Part shown: piece by piece, positions 55,951 through 64,000 of the stretch
Position numbering within the stretch: position 1 is the first letter of the stretch
Layout of the letters: each line of letters begins with the position of its first letter
NCBI GenBank assembly: GCA_021325025.1
Contig: JAJPHZ010000004.1
Coordinates: 2,927 to 66,926 of the forward strand
Origin: Pseudomonadota bacterium
GTDB taxonomy: Bacteria > Desulfobacterota > Binatia > Binatales > Binataceae
Direction of reading: 5' to 3'
DNA length: 64,000 nucleotides
Made by a program: the position numbers and the translations under genes
The notes under the pieces: generated by a model
Seen by the model: only the letters and a program-made list of their open reading frames with translations
Database searches by the model: none
Told to the model about the DNA's origin: nothing

Positions 55951-57135
55951 ATGCCCTACGCGGAAGGCAGAACCTACAACGACGCCGACAGCCATTTCAT
56001 GGAAACGGCAGACTGGCTGTTTTCGTACGCCGACCCCAAGGTCAGGCCCAAGCTGCGCGAGATTGACTTCACCATGGCCGGCGGCCAGGCAACCGCCGAC
56101 TTGGTCGCGGCGGTGCCCTCGATGGTCGAGCGGCGCAGGAAGGATCCGGCCGCGATGGCACGTGCGGAGGCTCACCTCCTGGAGCGCAAGAGCTGGCACG
56201 CCCTGGGCGCTTATGATCCGCAGGAGCGCAAGCGCGCGCTCGATCTGCTCGGCTACAATCGCCAGTTGGTGTTCACCGGCGTGGCGATGCAACAGTTCTG
56301 GGGCAATCTCGGCGTGCAGCACGTCTTCGATCCGGAGGCCCTGTACGGCGGTGCGCGGGCGCACAATCGCGGCATCACCGACTTCTGCCGCCATGACCCG
56401 CGTCTGCGCGCAGTGGGTTTTGTGCCGCTGGACGTGCCCGAACTGGCAGTACGCGAAATCGAGCAGGGAGTGCGCGAGGGCGTGGCGGCGTTCTGGGTCC
56501 CGGCAGTCCCTCCGCCCTCCATGTCGCCCACCCATCCCGACATGGATCCGGTGTGGGCAAAACTCCAGGAACTCGATGTGCCGTTCGTGCTTCATCTGGG
56601 CGGCGGGCCGCTGTTCCTGCGCGAAGGCTTTTTGAAGAACGCCAAGCAGATCGAGACCGGGCCGCTGGGCGGCACCGATGAAATCCGCTCCAAGGACTAC
56701 ATGGTATGCCATTACGGCGCCGAGGCGTTCATGTCGGCGATGGTGCTCGACGGCGTGCTGGAGAAGTTTCCCAGGCTGCGCGGCGCCGTCGTCGAGCAAG
56801 GGGCGATGTGGGTGGTGCCATGGCTCAAGAAGCTGGACATCGCTCAGGCCGCCTTTGTGCGGTTCGAATCCTACCTCAACCTGCCGCTGAAGCCCTCGGA
56901 GTATGTGCATCGCCAACTCAAGTTCACGCCGTTTCCGCCCGAACCGGTGGGCTGGTTGATCGAGCAGGCGGGAGCCGATTTGTTCCTGTTCTCGACCGAT
57001 TTTCCGCATCCCGAGGGTGGGCGCGATCCGCTCAAGCGCTACACCAACGCGCTGGACGCCTACCACATCGGGGATGAGCAGCGGGAGCGGTTTTTCACCG
57101 CCAACTTCAACGAGTTGCTGGGCTCGCACGCCTGA
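55951..57135 (+). CDS. Amidohydrolase-2 family protein, paralogue B of 28535..29713
   Basis: ORF 55921..57135. Start is MPYAEGRTYNDADSHFMET (ATG at 55951, GAGGAG upstream). Collinear with paralogue A over its whole length. Confidence 0.75.
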   Translation: MPYAEGRTYNDADSHFMETADWLFSYADPKVRPKLREIDFTMAGGQATADLVAAVPSMVERRRKDPAAMARAEAHLLERKSWHALGAYDPQERKRALDLLGYNRQLVFTGVAMQQFWGNLGVQHVFDPEALYGGARAHNRGITDFCRHDPRLRAVGFVPLDVPELAVREIEQGVREGVAAFWVPAVPPPSMSPTHPDMDPVWAKLQELDVPFVLHLGGGPLFLREGFLKNAKQIETGPLGGTDEIRSKDYMVCHYGAEAFMSAMVLDGVLEKFPRLRGAVVEQGAMWVVPWLKKLDIAQAAFVRFESYLNLPLKPSEYVHRQLKFTPFPPEPVGWLIEQAGADLFLFSTDFPHPEGGRDPLKRYTNALDAYHIGDEQRERFFTANFNELLGSHA

Positions 57136-57278
57136 ACAAAGCGGCGCAGCGAGACGGGCCGCGCGACGCGCACGCCCATCCGGCTGCCTCTTCCAGGCCA
57201 TTGCGCAGCGGGCAAAGGTTCGCCCCTCTTGATATGCTCTGCACAGAGTCAGCGCCCTGCGACGGGGAGAGCCATCAC

Positions 57279-57698
57279 ATGGAAATCAATGGCATCGCAC
57301 ACGTGGACGTGACGGTCACCAATTTCGAGCGATGCGTCGCCTTCTATCGGCGCCTGCTTCCCTTCATGGGGCTCAAGCACGTCGTTTACGACACCGACGA
57401 TTATTTCTACTGCATCGGCGGGCGCACCGGCTTTGCGCTGCGGCGCGCCGCGCCGCACTATCGCGCCCTGCATTTCGACCAGACCCGCCCCGGACTGCAT
57501 CATGTGTGCTTTCGCGCCCGTTCGCGCGAGGACGTAAGCGCGGCGTACGAGATGGCCCGTGAGTTGGGCGCAAAAATCGTGCGCGCTCCCGAGCAGGGTC
57601 CCTGGGCGCCCGGATACTTCTCCACTCTGTTCGAAGATCCCGACGGCGTCCGCGTCGAGATCAACTACGTACCCGGTAAGGGCCTGCTGAACGCTTGA
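57279..57698 (+). CDS. VOC (glyoxalase/bleomycin-resistance/extradiol dioxygenase) family protein
   Basis: ORF 57201..57698. ATG at 57279. INGIAHVDVTVTNFERCVAFYRR...GLHHVCFRA...FEDPDGVRVEI. Confidence 0.8.
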   Translation: MEINGIAHVDVTVTNFERCVAFYRRLLPFMGLKHVVYDTDDYFYCIGGRTGFALRRAAPHYRALHFDQTRPGLHHVCFRARSREDVSAAYEMARELGAKIVRAPEQGPWAPGYFSTLFEDPDGVRVEINYVPGKGLLNA

Positions 57699-57785
57699 GA
57701 CGATTTCGAAGCGGAAACAAAGCGCGCGCTTCCCGGCATGACCAGGCGAATCGGCGGTCCGTGCACTACTTTCTGTTAGTGCGAG

Positions 57786-58997
57786 TCAGGGGATGACGCC
57801 TTCGCTCTTGAGTTGGGCAATATCCTCCCAACTGCGGCCCATCCCGAGCAGCACCGTTTCCGTATCCTGACCGAACTCCGGAGCGATGCTGCGCGCAGTC
57901 CACGGCGTGCCGTAAAAATCCACCGGACCGGCCGGCTGGCGCATCGCACCCCCGTCGGGCGTGGGTACATCCACGAATAATCCCGCGCCCTGCGCCTGCG
58001 GATCGTTCATCACTTCGGTGGCGGACTGGACCGGACACCACCAGACGTCCTCGCGGTCAAAGATAACACCCCATTCGGCCAGCGTCCTGGTCGCGAAGAT
58101 TCGATCCAGCATCGCCACCAGCTCCGGCGCGTGCTGATAGCGCTTGCTGTGCGAGTCATAGCGCGGATCGCCGATCAATTCGGGGCGGCCGATCGCGCGC
58201 ATCAGGCCGGGCCAGGCGCGATCGCCCTGCAAACCCAGCAGCCAGAACCATTTCCCCTGCGAATCGCGATAGCAATTGATCGCGACGTTGAAGGCTTTCT
58301 CCCGCGTCACCTTGGGCGGGCGAATGCCGCGCAGCGCAGTGAACATCGACGAACTCAGGTAGTACGTGCCCATCCGCATCAGCGAGGTAGCGACCAGTTG
58401 GCCCTCGCCCGTGGTATGGCGCGCGTTGAGTGCGGCGCAGGTGCCGGCAACCGCGGCCACCGCCGTGTTGTGGTCGCCGATTCCGCCCGCGCGGAACAGC
58501 GGCTCGGCATCGGCTCCCATCGTTTCCACCGCAACCCCGGCCCGCGCCCAATATGAGCCCACATCGTAGCCGGCCTTGTCGCGGTCGGGGCCGTCCAGTC
58601 CATAACCGGTTAGAATCGTATAGACCAGCCGCCGATTGAGCTTGCGCAGCGAGTCGTAATCCATCCTCATCTTTTCCAGACTCGGCAGGCGCATGTTGGT
58701 CAAGAAGACGTCGGCGCCCGAGACCATCTCATAGGCGATTTCCAGACCCTTGGGCTTCTTCAGATCCAGTGCGACACTGCGCTTGCCGCGGTTGTCGACA
58801 TGGAACATCGGATTGACCTCGTTGCGGCCCAACTCGCGGGCGCCCATCGCAAGGGCGCGGAACGGGTCGCCCTCGGGCGGCTCGATTTTGATCACATCGG
58901 CGCCCCAATCGGCGAGCATCGCACCTGCCGCCGGACCGGCCAGCCAGATTGCCAGTTCCACCACCTTGATGCCGCTTAAGGGACCGCTCATGCACAC
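57786..58997 (-). CDS. Family III CoA-transferase (CaiB/BaiF)
   Basis: 403-aa ORF. PLSGIKVVELAIWLAGPAAGAMLADWGADVIKIEPP.GDP. Confidence 0.9.
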   Translation of the reverse strand: MCMSGPLSGIKVVELAIWLAGPAAGAMLADWGADVIKIEPPEGDPFRALAMGARELGRNEVNPMFHVDNRGKRSVALDLKKPKGLEIAYEMVSGADVFLTNMRLPSLEKMRMDYDSLRKLNRRLVYTILTGYGLDGPDRDKAGYDVGSYWARAGVAVETMGADAEPLFRAGGIGDHNTAVAAVAGTCAALNARHTTGEGQLVATSLMRMGTYYLSSSMFTALRGIRPPKVTREKAFNVAINCYRDSQGKWFWLLGLQGDRAWPGLMRAIGRPELIGDPRYDSHSKRYQHAPELVAMLDRIFATRTLAEWGVIFDREDVWWCPVQSATEVMNDPQAQGAGLFVDVPTPDGGAMRQPAGPVDFYGTPWTARSIAPEFGQDTETVLLGMGRSWEDIAQLKSEGVIP

Positions 58998-59059
58998 CTC
59001 GCTTTGGCTGGTGTGATGACATTGATTGCGGTCCCAGGCAAGGGCGGGGTGTACAAGCC

Positions 59060-59106
59060 GGCAGGGGAGGCGGGCACGCGCAATGCGCGCGCCCGCCTCC
59101 CCTGCC
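59060..59106. repeat. 47-nt GC-rich near-perfect palindrome immediately downstream of the ALDH stop codon
   Basis: GGCAGGGGAGGCGGGC-acGCGCAaTGCGCgc-GCCCGCCTCCCCTGCC. The 16-bp outer arms are perfectly complementary, with an inner 6-bp extension. No T-tract on either side. Confidence 0.6.
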
Positions 59107-59110
59107 CTCG

Positions 59111-60607
59111 CTACTTAATCCGCACGCACACCGACTTGGTCTCGGTATAATTCTCCAACACCTCGTGTCCCATCTCGCGGCCCCATCCCGACTGCTTGTA
59201 GCCGCCAAAGGGCAGCGCCGCGTCGAACACGTTGAAGCAGTTGATCCACACAGTGCCGGCGCGCAGCCGCTCGGCCAGACTGTGCGCTTTGCTGATGTCG
59301 CGCGTCCAGATGCCCGCTGCCAGGCCGTAAATCGTCTCATTGGCCGCGGCTTCAACCTCGCGCGCATCGCTGAAGGGCATCGCCGCCACTACCGGCCCGA
59401 AGATCTCCTCCTGGTAGACTTTCATACTCGGCTTAACCTCCGTCAGCACCGTCGGCGCCACGAAATAGCCGCGCTCGCCAACACGCTGGCCGCCGATCAC
59501 CGCCTTGGCGCCCTCCTGGCGTCCCGAGGCCAGATAGCCGCAGACGCGCTCGAGTTGCTCGCTGGATACCAGCGGCCCCATCTGGGTGCTCAAGTCCATC
59601 CCGGGTCCCAGCTTGATTTGCTTGCCCTGCTCGGCGACGCCCTCCACCACTTTGTCGAAGACGCTCTTCTCCACGTACAAGCGCGACCCCGCGCAACAGC
59701 ACTGGCCATGATTGAAGAAGATCGCGCTGGCCGCACCCGGGATCGCGACCTCAAGGTCGGCGTCCTTGAACACCACGTTGGGCGACTTGCCGCCCAGCTC
59801 CAGCGACACCTTCTTCAGATTGCCGGCCGCAGCCTGCACGATCAGCTTGCCGACTTCGGTGGAACCTGTGAACGCAATCTTGTCGACCCCCGGATGGGCC
59901 GCCAGGGCGGCGCCGGCGGTCTCGCCGAACCCGGTCACGATGTTGACGACGCCGGCCGGAAAGCCGGCTTCCTGGATCAACCCGCCCAGCCGCAGCGCAG
60001 ACAGCGGCGTCTGTTCGGCGACCTTGAGCACCACCGCGCATCCGGCGGCCAGCGCCGGGCCGAGTTTCCACGCTGCCATCAGCAGCGGAAAGTTCCATGG
60101 GATGATCTGACCTGCCACTCCCACCGGCTCGCGCAGCGTGTAGGCCAGATAACCGCCGCCGGGCACGGAAAGCGGAATCGTGTTGCCTTCGATCTTAGTG
60201 GCCCATCCCGCCATGTAGCGAAACAGGTCTACCGCCAACGGCACGTCGGCCACGCGCGCCACCGCCACCGGCTTGCCGTTGTCCAGCGACTCGATCTGAG
60301 CGAACTCGTCGGCGTGCTTTTCGATCAGTTCGCCGAGCTTCCAGATCAACTGCCCGCGCTCGGAAGGCGTTACCTGGCGCCATCGCCCTTCAAAAGCGCG
60401 CCGTGCGGCGCTAACCGCGCGATCGATATCCTCTTTGTCGCCCTCGGGAACCTCGGCGAGGACCTCGCCGGTGGCGGGGTTATAGCTGGGGAAGGTCTTG
60501 CCCGAGGCCGCTTCGACTAATTTGCCGTCGATCAGCATCTTGTGCCGGCCGCTGACAAATTCCTTGACTTGGGGCAGGGTCTCGACGACCGTGCTGCTCG
60601 TCTCCAT
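59111..60607 (-). CDS. NAD(P)-dependent aldehyde dehydrogenase
   Basis: ORF 59111..60955. Start is METSSTVVETL (ATG at 60607, AGGAGG upstream). VSLELGGKSP and catalytic FFNHGQCCCAGSR. Confidence 0.9.
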   Translation of the reverse strand: METSSTVVETLPQVKEFVSGRHKMLIDGKLVEAASGKTFPSYNPATGEVLAEVPEGDKEDIDRAVSAARRAFEGRWRQVTPSERGQLIWKLGELIEKHADEFAQIESLDNGKPVAVARVADVPLAVDLFRYMAGWATKIEGNTIPLSVPGGGYLAYTLREPVGVAGQIIPWNFPLLMAAWKLGPALAAGCAVVLKVAEQTPLSALRLGGLIQEAGFPAGVVNIVTGFGETAGAALAAHPGVDKIAFTGSTEVGKLIVQAAAGNLKKVSLELGGKSPNVVFKDADLEVAIPGAASAIFFNHGQCCCAGSRLYVEKSVFDKVVEGVAEQGKQIKLGPGMDLSTQMGPLVSSEQLERVCGYLASGRQEGAKAVIGGQRVGERGYFVAPTVLTEVKPSMKVYQEEIFGPVVAAMPFSDAREVEAAANETIYGLAAGIWTRDISKAHSLAERLRAGTVWINCFNVFDAALPFGGYKQSGWGREMGHEVLENYTETKSVCVRIK

Positions 60608-60699
60608 AAGAATTCCTCCTTTTCCGGCTACATTACCGATCTTAACCGCGCGGCGCCGATGCGCAAAACTGCCGGGCACACCGGCGCCGCACACGCCGG

Positions 60700-62166
60700 T
60701 CAGATGTCGTCGAGCGGGAAGACCGGGCGGCGAATCTTCGAAAACGGCAAGCGGCTTAGAACCTGGGTGGCGAGCCCGGGCGCGTCGACGTCGATAAAGG
60801 TACGGCCGATTTCGGCCAGGCCCGCGCGATGCTGCAACTCGGCCTTGCAGACCAGGATTTTGCGCGCAGTGGGTTCGATGCCCAGGCTGCGAAAATGATT
60901 GGCTTCGAACACCAGTGTCTGACGGGCGGTGAGGATCACCTCGATTCCGCCGCAATCGACCACCACGCTGGGTCCGCGATGGTAGGTGCCGGCATTGAAG
61001 CGGGTGGCGGCGGTAAACACGCCGTCATGTATGGTTCGCACACGGCCGCTGATCGAAACCGACGCGCCATGAAAGCGATCGACCTTGCCGCCCACGGTGA
61101 GCCGGACCGAACTGCCGACCCCCGCCGCGATCGCCTCAGCCACCGCTGCCGGATCGGCGATGTTGCCGACCACCGCGCCGCGCGCGTTTTGTTTGAGCAG
61201 TTCGGCCAGGATTGCGGTGCCGTCGCCGGGCGTGCCCGCCCCGCCGCTGTCGGCCACGTCGCCCAGCACGACCGGTGTCTCATCGGTTGCGATCGCCTCG
61301 CGCACCGCGTCCTGGACCGAAACCAGGTCGGCGTGGAACTGATGGCGCCGGGTCCAGCAGGCGTCCTTGATCTCTTCGGCGATTTCCACCGCCAGACCCT
61401 GCTCGCGATTGGTGGTGGCAACTACGCTGATACCGGTTTCGAGGCGATCGGAGACGAAGAACCCGCCCAGCAGCGAGACGTCCACAACGCGCGGGTCGGC
61501 CGCGGCACGCGCCCGCGCCAGACGCATCAGGTGGTCCATCGGCCATCCCGGAGCGATATAGAGCTTTTGCAGCGGCGCCACCATCGCGGGCTGCGCCCAG
61601 GCCGAAACCGGCGCCATCGAGCGGTCGAACATTGCCGCCATCACGCGCGCTGCCTGGTAACCGACAGCACCGAAATCGTAGTGCGGATTGCTCTTGACGC
61701 CGATCAGCATGCTGGCCTGCCGCACCATCTCCGGCGTGACATTGGCGTGCCCGTCCAGCGACGCGATAATCGCGGTCTTGTCGCCGACCACGGCGCGCAA
61801 TGCGCCGAGCAGGTCGCCTTCGCAGTCCTCGGTACGATCGGCGACGGCGGTGCCGTGGAGCTGGATGAAGATTCCGTCGAGGCGTCCCGCTTTGCGCAGG
61901 GTATTGACGAAGGTTTCTTTGGCCCACTGATGGCACTCCTGGCGGACCTTGCCGAACAGGCCGGGAAACATGAAATGCAGCGGCACTGCCTCCCATCCGT
62001 TTTCCCGCGCGCCACGCAAGAATCCCGCTAGTGCGCCGTCGCCCCGCCCCAGCCGGGTCAGCAGGTCGGGGCCGGAAAGCGTCGCACGCTGAAACTGCTC
62101 CAGCTCTACGCGCTGAGTAGCGAAGCTGTTCGCCGAAACCAGATAGCCGCCAACGGCGACGCGCAT
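60700..62166 (-). CDS. M81 family metallopeptidase (MlrC-like)
   Basis: 488-aa ORF. MRVAVGGYLVSANSF...IFIQLHGT...LDGHAN and the overall N/C-domain layout resemble MlrC/DUF1485 proteins. Confidence 0.75.
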   Translation of the reverse strand: MRVAVGGYLVSANSFATQRVELEQFQRATLSGPDLLTRLGRGDGALAGFLRGARENGWEAVPLHFMFPGLFGKVRQECHQWAKETFVNTLRKAGRLDGIFIQLHGTAVADRTEDCEGDLLGALRAVVGDKTAIIASLDGHANVTPEMVRQASMLIGVKSNPHYDFGAVGYQAARVMAAMFDRSMAPVSAWAQPAMVAPLQKLYIAPGWPMDHLMRLARARAAADPRVVDVSLLGGFFVSDRLETGISVVATTNREQGLAVEIAEEIKDACWTRRHQFHADLVSVQDAVREAIATDETPVVLGDVADSGGAGTPGDGTAILAELLKQNARGAVVGNIADPAAVAEAIAAGVGSSVRLTVGGKVDRFHGASVSISGRVRTIHDGVFTAATRFNAGTYHRGPSVVVDCGGIEVILTARQTLVFEANHFRSLGIEPTARKILVCKAELQHRAGLAEIGRTFIDVDAPGLATQVLSRLPFSKIRRPVFPLDDI

Positions 62167-62210
62167 CGTGCGATCCTCCCGTCCGGGAATTCCGCGATGG
62201 TGACAGTTAG

Positions 62211-62247
62211 CTTTACAACGAATCGCGCCGCGATTTCAAAAGTAAAG
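62211..62247. promoter_or_regulatory. Nested palindrome CTTTAC-aacg-AATCGCG-C-CGCGATT-tcaaaa-GTAAAG upstream of the M81 peptidase gene
   Basis: Read directly from the sequence. It is centred ~60 nt upstream of the ATG at 62166. Confidence 0.4.
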
Positions 62248-62690
62248 TCACCTCCCTCCGGATCGTCTCCGGCGGTTTTGGAAAGTGTGGCTGGCGTCTT
62301 AAGTGTAAGGCGGCGTATGGCCGCGGCGCTTCCGTTTCTTGCCTTCGAGAGCCTTAACCCGAATCAAATCACGCAAGCACCACTCATTAAGGTCACGCCG
62401 CTCTTACAGCTCTGGCAATTGATTCGACTTGCGAGTAACAAGCCGCCTTCGGCACCCGTTCCCGTGGAAGTCCGTTAACTGATTCGGATAGCTCTCAACT
62501 TTATTTCCATAACGGGTACGCAGCGATCGGTACATTTGCGCCGACCAGGCTCAATTTGCGGCGATAATATATTGGCTCCGATTCGCACAATGCTGCGGGC
62601 CGCATTCACGCTGAAGAAAGCGACGCCGTCACCGCCGGAGCGCGGGCACCTTGTAAATGCGCCGGCCCGCGATGTTTGTTTGGTGATCGT

Positions 62691-63902
62691 CTAATTGAGA
62701 CCAAGCGCGCGGGCGACGTTTTCGCCCAGGATGCCGCGCCGGCCCTGCGGAGACATCTTTTCCACCAGCTCGCGGATCTCCTCCATGTAGTTGACGGGAT
62801 GGTCGGCGTGCGGAAAGTCGCTGGCCCAGAAGAACTTGTCGGTGCCAACGTAATCGATTATATGGCGCAGCACGATTTCATCGGGGTCGCCCGAGATGAA
62901 GCACTGGCGGTTGAAGTAGTACGACGGACACTCCGCCAGCGGCAGGCTGCCGCCGATCAGAGTCTCCTTGTAAAGCGCGTCGGCGCGGTTGAGCCACCAC
63001 CCGATCCATCCCGCCCCGGACTCGAGGATCACGAACTTAAGCCGCGGAAACTTGTCCCACACCCCAAAGACGAACATGGTTGCGAACGCCATGATCGAAC
63101 CCTGATTGGTGAACATGTCGCCGTACCAAACCCCGGCGCCGCCCCGGATCGGTTCAAAGCGGGTGTGGATCGTGAACTCGCGCGGCTCGAAGTTGGGATG
63201 CACCGCCAGCGCCACGCCCAAGTCCTGCGCGGCGGCAAATACTACGTCGTGATCGGGATGGCCGTGCGGTTTGCGGGTAATCGTGTAGGGCGAGATGAAC
63301 GCGATCCTGCAGCCGTCCTTCACTGCGCGCTCCAGCTCGCGCGCCGCGACCTGCGGATCGCCCAGCGATATGTGCGCGGCCGGCACCAGGCGTCCACCGC
63401 TATCGCGGCAGAAGTCGGCAATCCAGCGGTTGTATGCGCGGCAGCAGGCGATTGCGTAATCGGCGTCGCGGGTCTCGGCTTCCCAGTTCAGCCCCAGGGT
63501 CGGGAACAGCACCGACTTGCTGAGCCCCTCCTCGTCCATCTTCTGAAGGCGCTGTTTGGGATCCATCGTGCCGTAGCCGGCGCCCTTCAGATAGGTCTCA
63601 TCGGGTGTCGCCTTGATGAACGGGGGAGGACCTTTGCGGCCACCCTTGACCCATTCCTCGCGCAGCCGCTTCATCTCCTGAACCCGCCATCCCATGGAGC
63701 TCAGCCGGCCCAAGGTCCCCTTGGGGGTGCATTCAGCCGGCTTGCCGTCGACTTCCAGATACTCCCAGCCGTCGGCGCCGACCCGGATACGAATCGCGCG
63801 CTCGCGATATTTTGCCTCCAGGTAGCGCTCCCACAGGTCGGGCGGCTCGATAATATGCCCGTCGGCGTCGATCACCAATTCCCGCTGCTTGCTGTCGCTC
63901 AT
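62691..63902 (-). CDS. Amidohydrolase-2 family protein (third member in window, more distant)
   Basis: 403-aa ORF. LVIDADGHIIEPPDLW...FWASDFPHADH. Confidence 0.8.
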   Translation of the reverse strand: MSDSKQRELVIDADGHIIEPPDLWERYLEAKYRERAIRIRVGADGWEYLEVDGKPAECTPKGTLGRLSSMGWRVQEMKRLREEWVKGGRKGPPPFIKATPDETYLKGAGYGTMDPKQRLQKMDEEGLSKSVLFPTLGLNWEAETRDADYAIACCRAYNRWIADFCRDSGGRLVPAAHISLGDPQVAARELERAVKDGCRIAFISPYTITRKPHGHPDHDVVFAAAQDLGVALAVHPNFEPREFTIHTRFEPIRGGAGVWYGDMFTNQGSIMAFATMFVFGVWDKFPRLKFVILESGAGWIGWWLNRADALYKETLIGGSLPLAECPSYYFNRQCFISGDPDEIVLRHIIDYVGTDKFFWASDFPHADHPVNYMEEIRELVEKMSPQGRRGILGENVARALGLN

Positions 63903-64000
63903 CGCTGCTCTCTCCGAAGTTGGAAGCGTCTGGCCCGCCGCAGTCGAGCCGACGGCGTTGGAACGTTCGTTCAGACACGAGGCTAGAGCCGCGGCGGGCC

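Noticed and set aside
62197-62478. 93-aa plus-strand ORF in the 524-bp gap.
   Set aside because: No SD and a Ser/Pro/Leu-rich product without recognisable features, on the strand opposite to all neighbouring genes. Kept only as part of the unexplained-spacer finding.
1-64000. Search for tRNA/tmRNA genes (possible ICE attachment sites), rRNA, CRISPR arrays, IS elements or integrases, and defence-system-like genes.
   Set aside because: No T-loop/acceptor-like structure, spaced direct-repeat array, transposase or integrase motif, or nuclease/ATPase defence architecture was found by eye. Absence cannot be proven without tRNAscan, Infernal or HMM searches.

Overview
GC-rich (by eye about two-thirds G+C) chromosomal segment from a diderm bacterium. 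It is densely coding, with about 55 protein genes. I recognised no rRNA, tRNA, CRISPR array, integrase or transposase. The left ~8.6 kb is a Trb/MPF-T type conjugative-transfer module on the minus strand: trbF-trbG-trbI-DUF2274, a 178-bp gap, then traF-traD-like-relaxase-traG-RHH-trbB, the last cut by the window edge. Its gene order is non-canonical, its relaxase is unusually short, and it ends abruptly against a 3'-truncated tandem PAS-GAF sensor gene. It therefore looks like a rearranged or decaying ICE or integrated plasmid, not an intact element. The rest is ordinary core and catabolic content. Core and envelope genes are hydantoinase A/B, UDP-glucuronate decarboxylase with a GT-C membrane protein, an L,D-transpeptidase, uvrD/pcrA, rlmE, a DEAD-box helicase, def and gatCAB. 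Redox and CoA-linked genes are an Mo-hydroxylase large subunit, acyl-CoA dehydrogenase, GST, enoyl-CoA hydratase, two TetR regulators, two SDRs, a TcuA-like flavoprotein and a CoA-transferase/ALDH/M81/amidohydrolase cluster. Envelope and exported proteins are a DUF1302 outer-membrane protein, quinol NO reductase and a large BNR-repeat exported protein. I found no convincing evidence of a wholly new multi-gene system such as a defence island. The items most worth a second look are the transfer-module architecture and its junction, an exported DUF151-PDZ lipoprotein, an unannotated small membrane ORF pair, a motif-rich 436-bp spacer with a strong-SD mini-ORF, a candidate small RNA between two SDR genes and an OmpA-like gene, a frameshifted gene remnant, and several perfect repeats or palindromes in intergenic DNA. 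All functional calls rest on motif recognition from the supplied translations, with no database search, so family names are recollections to be confirmed.
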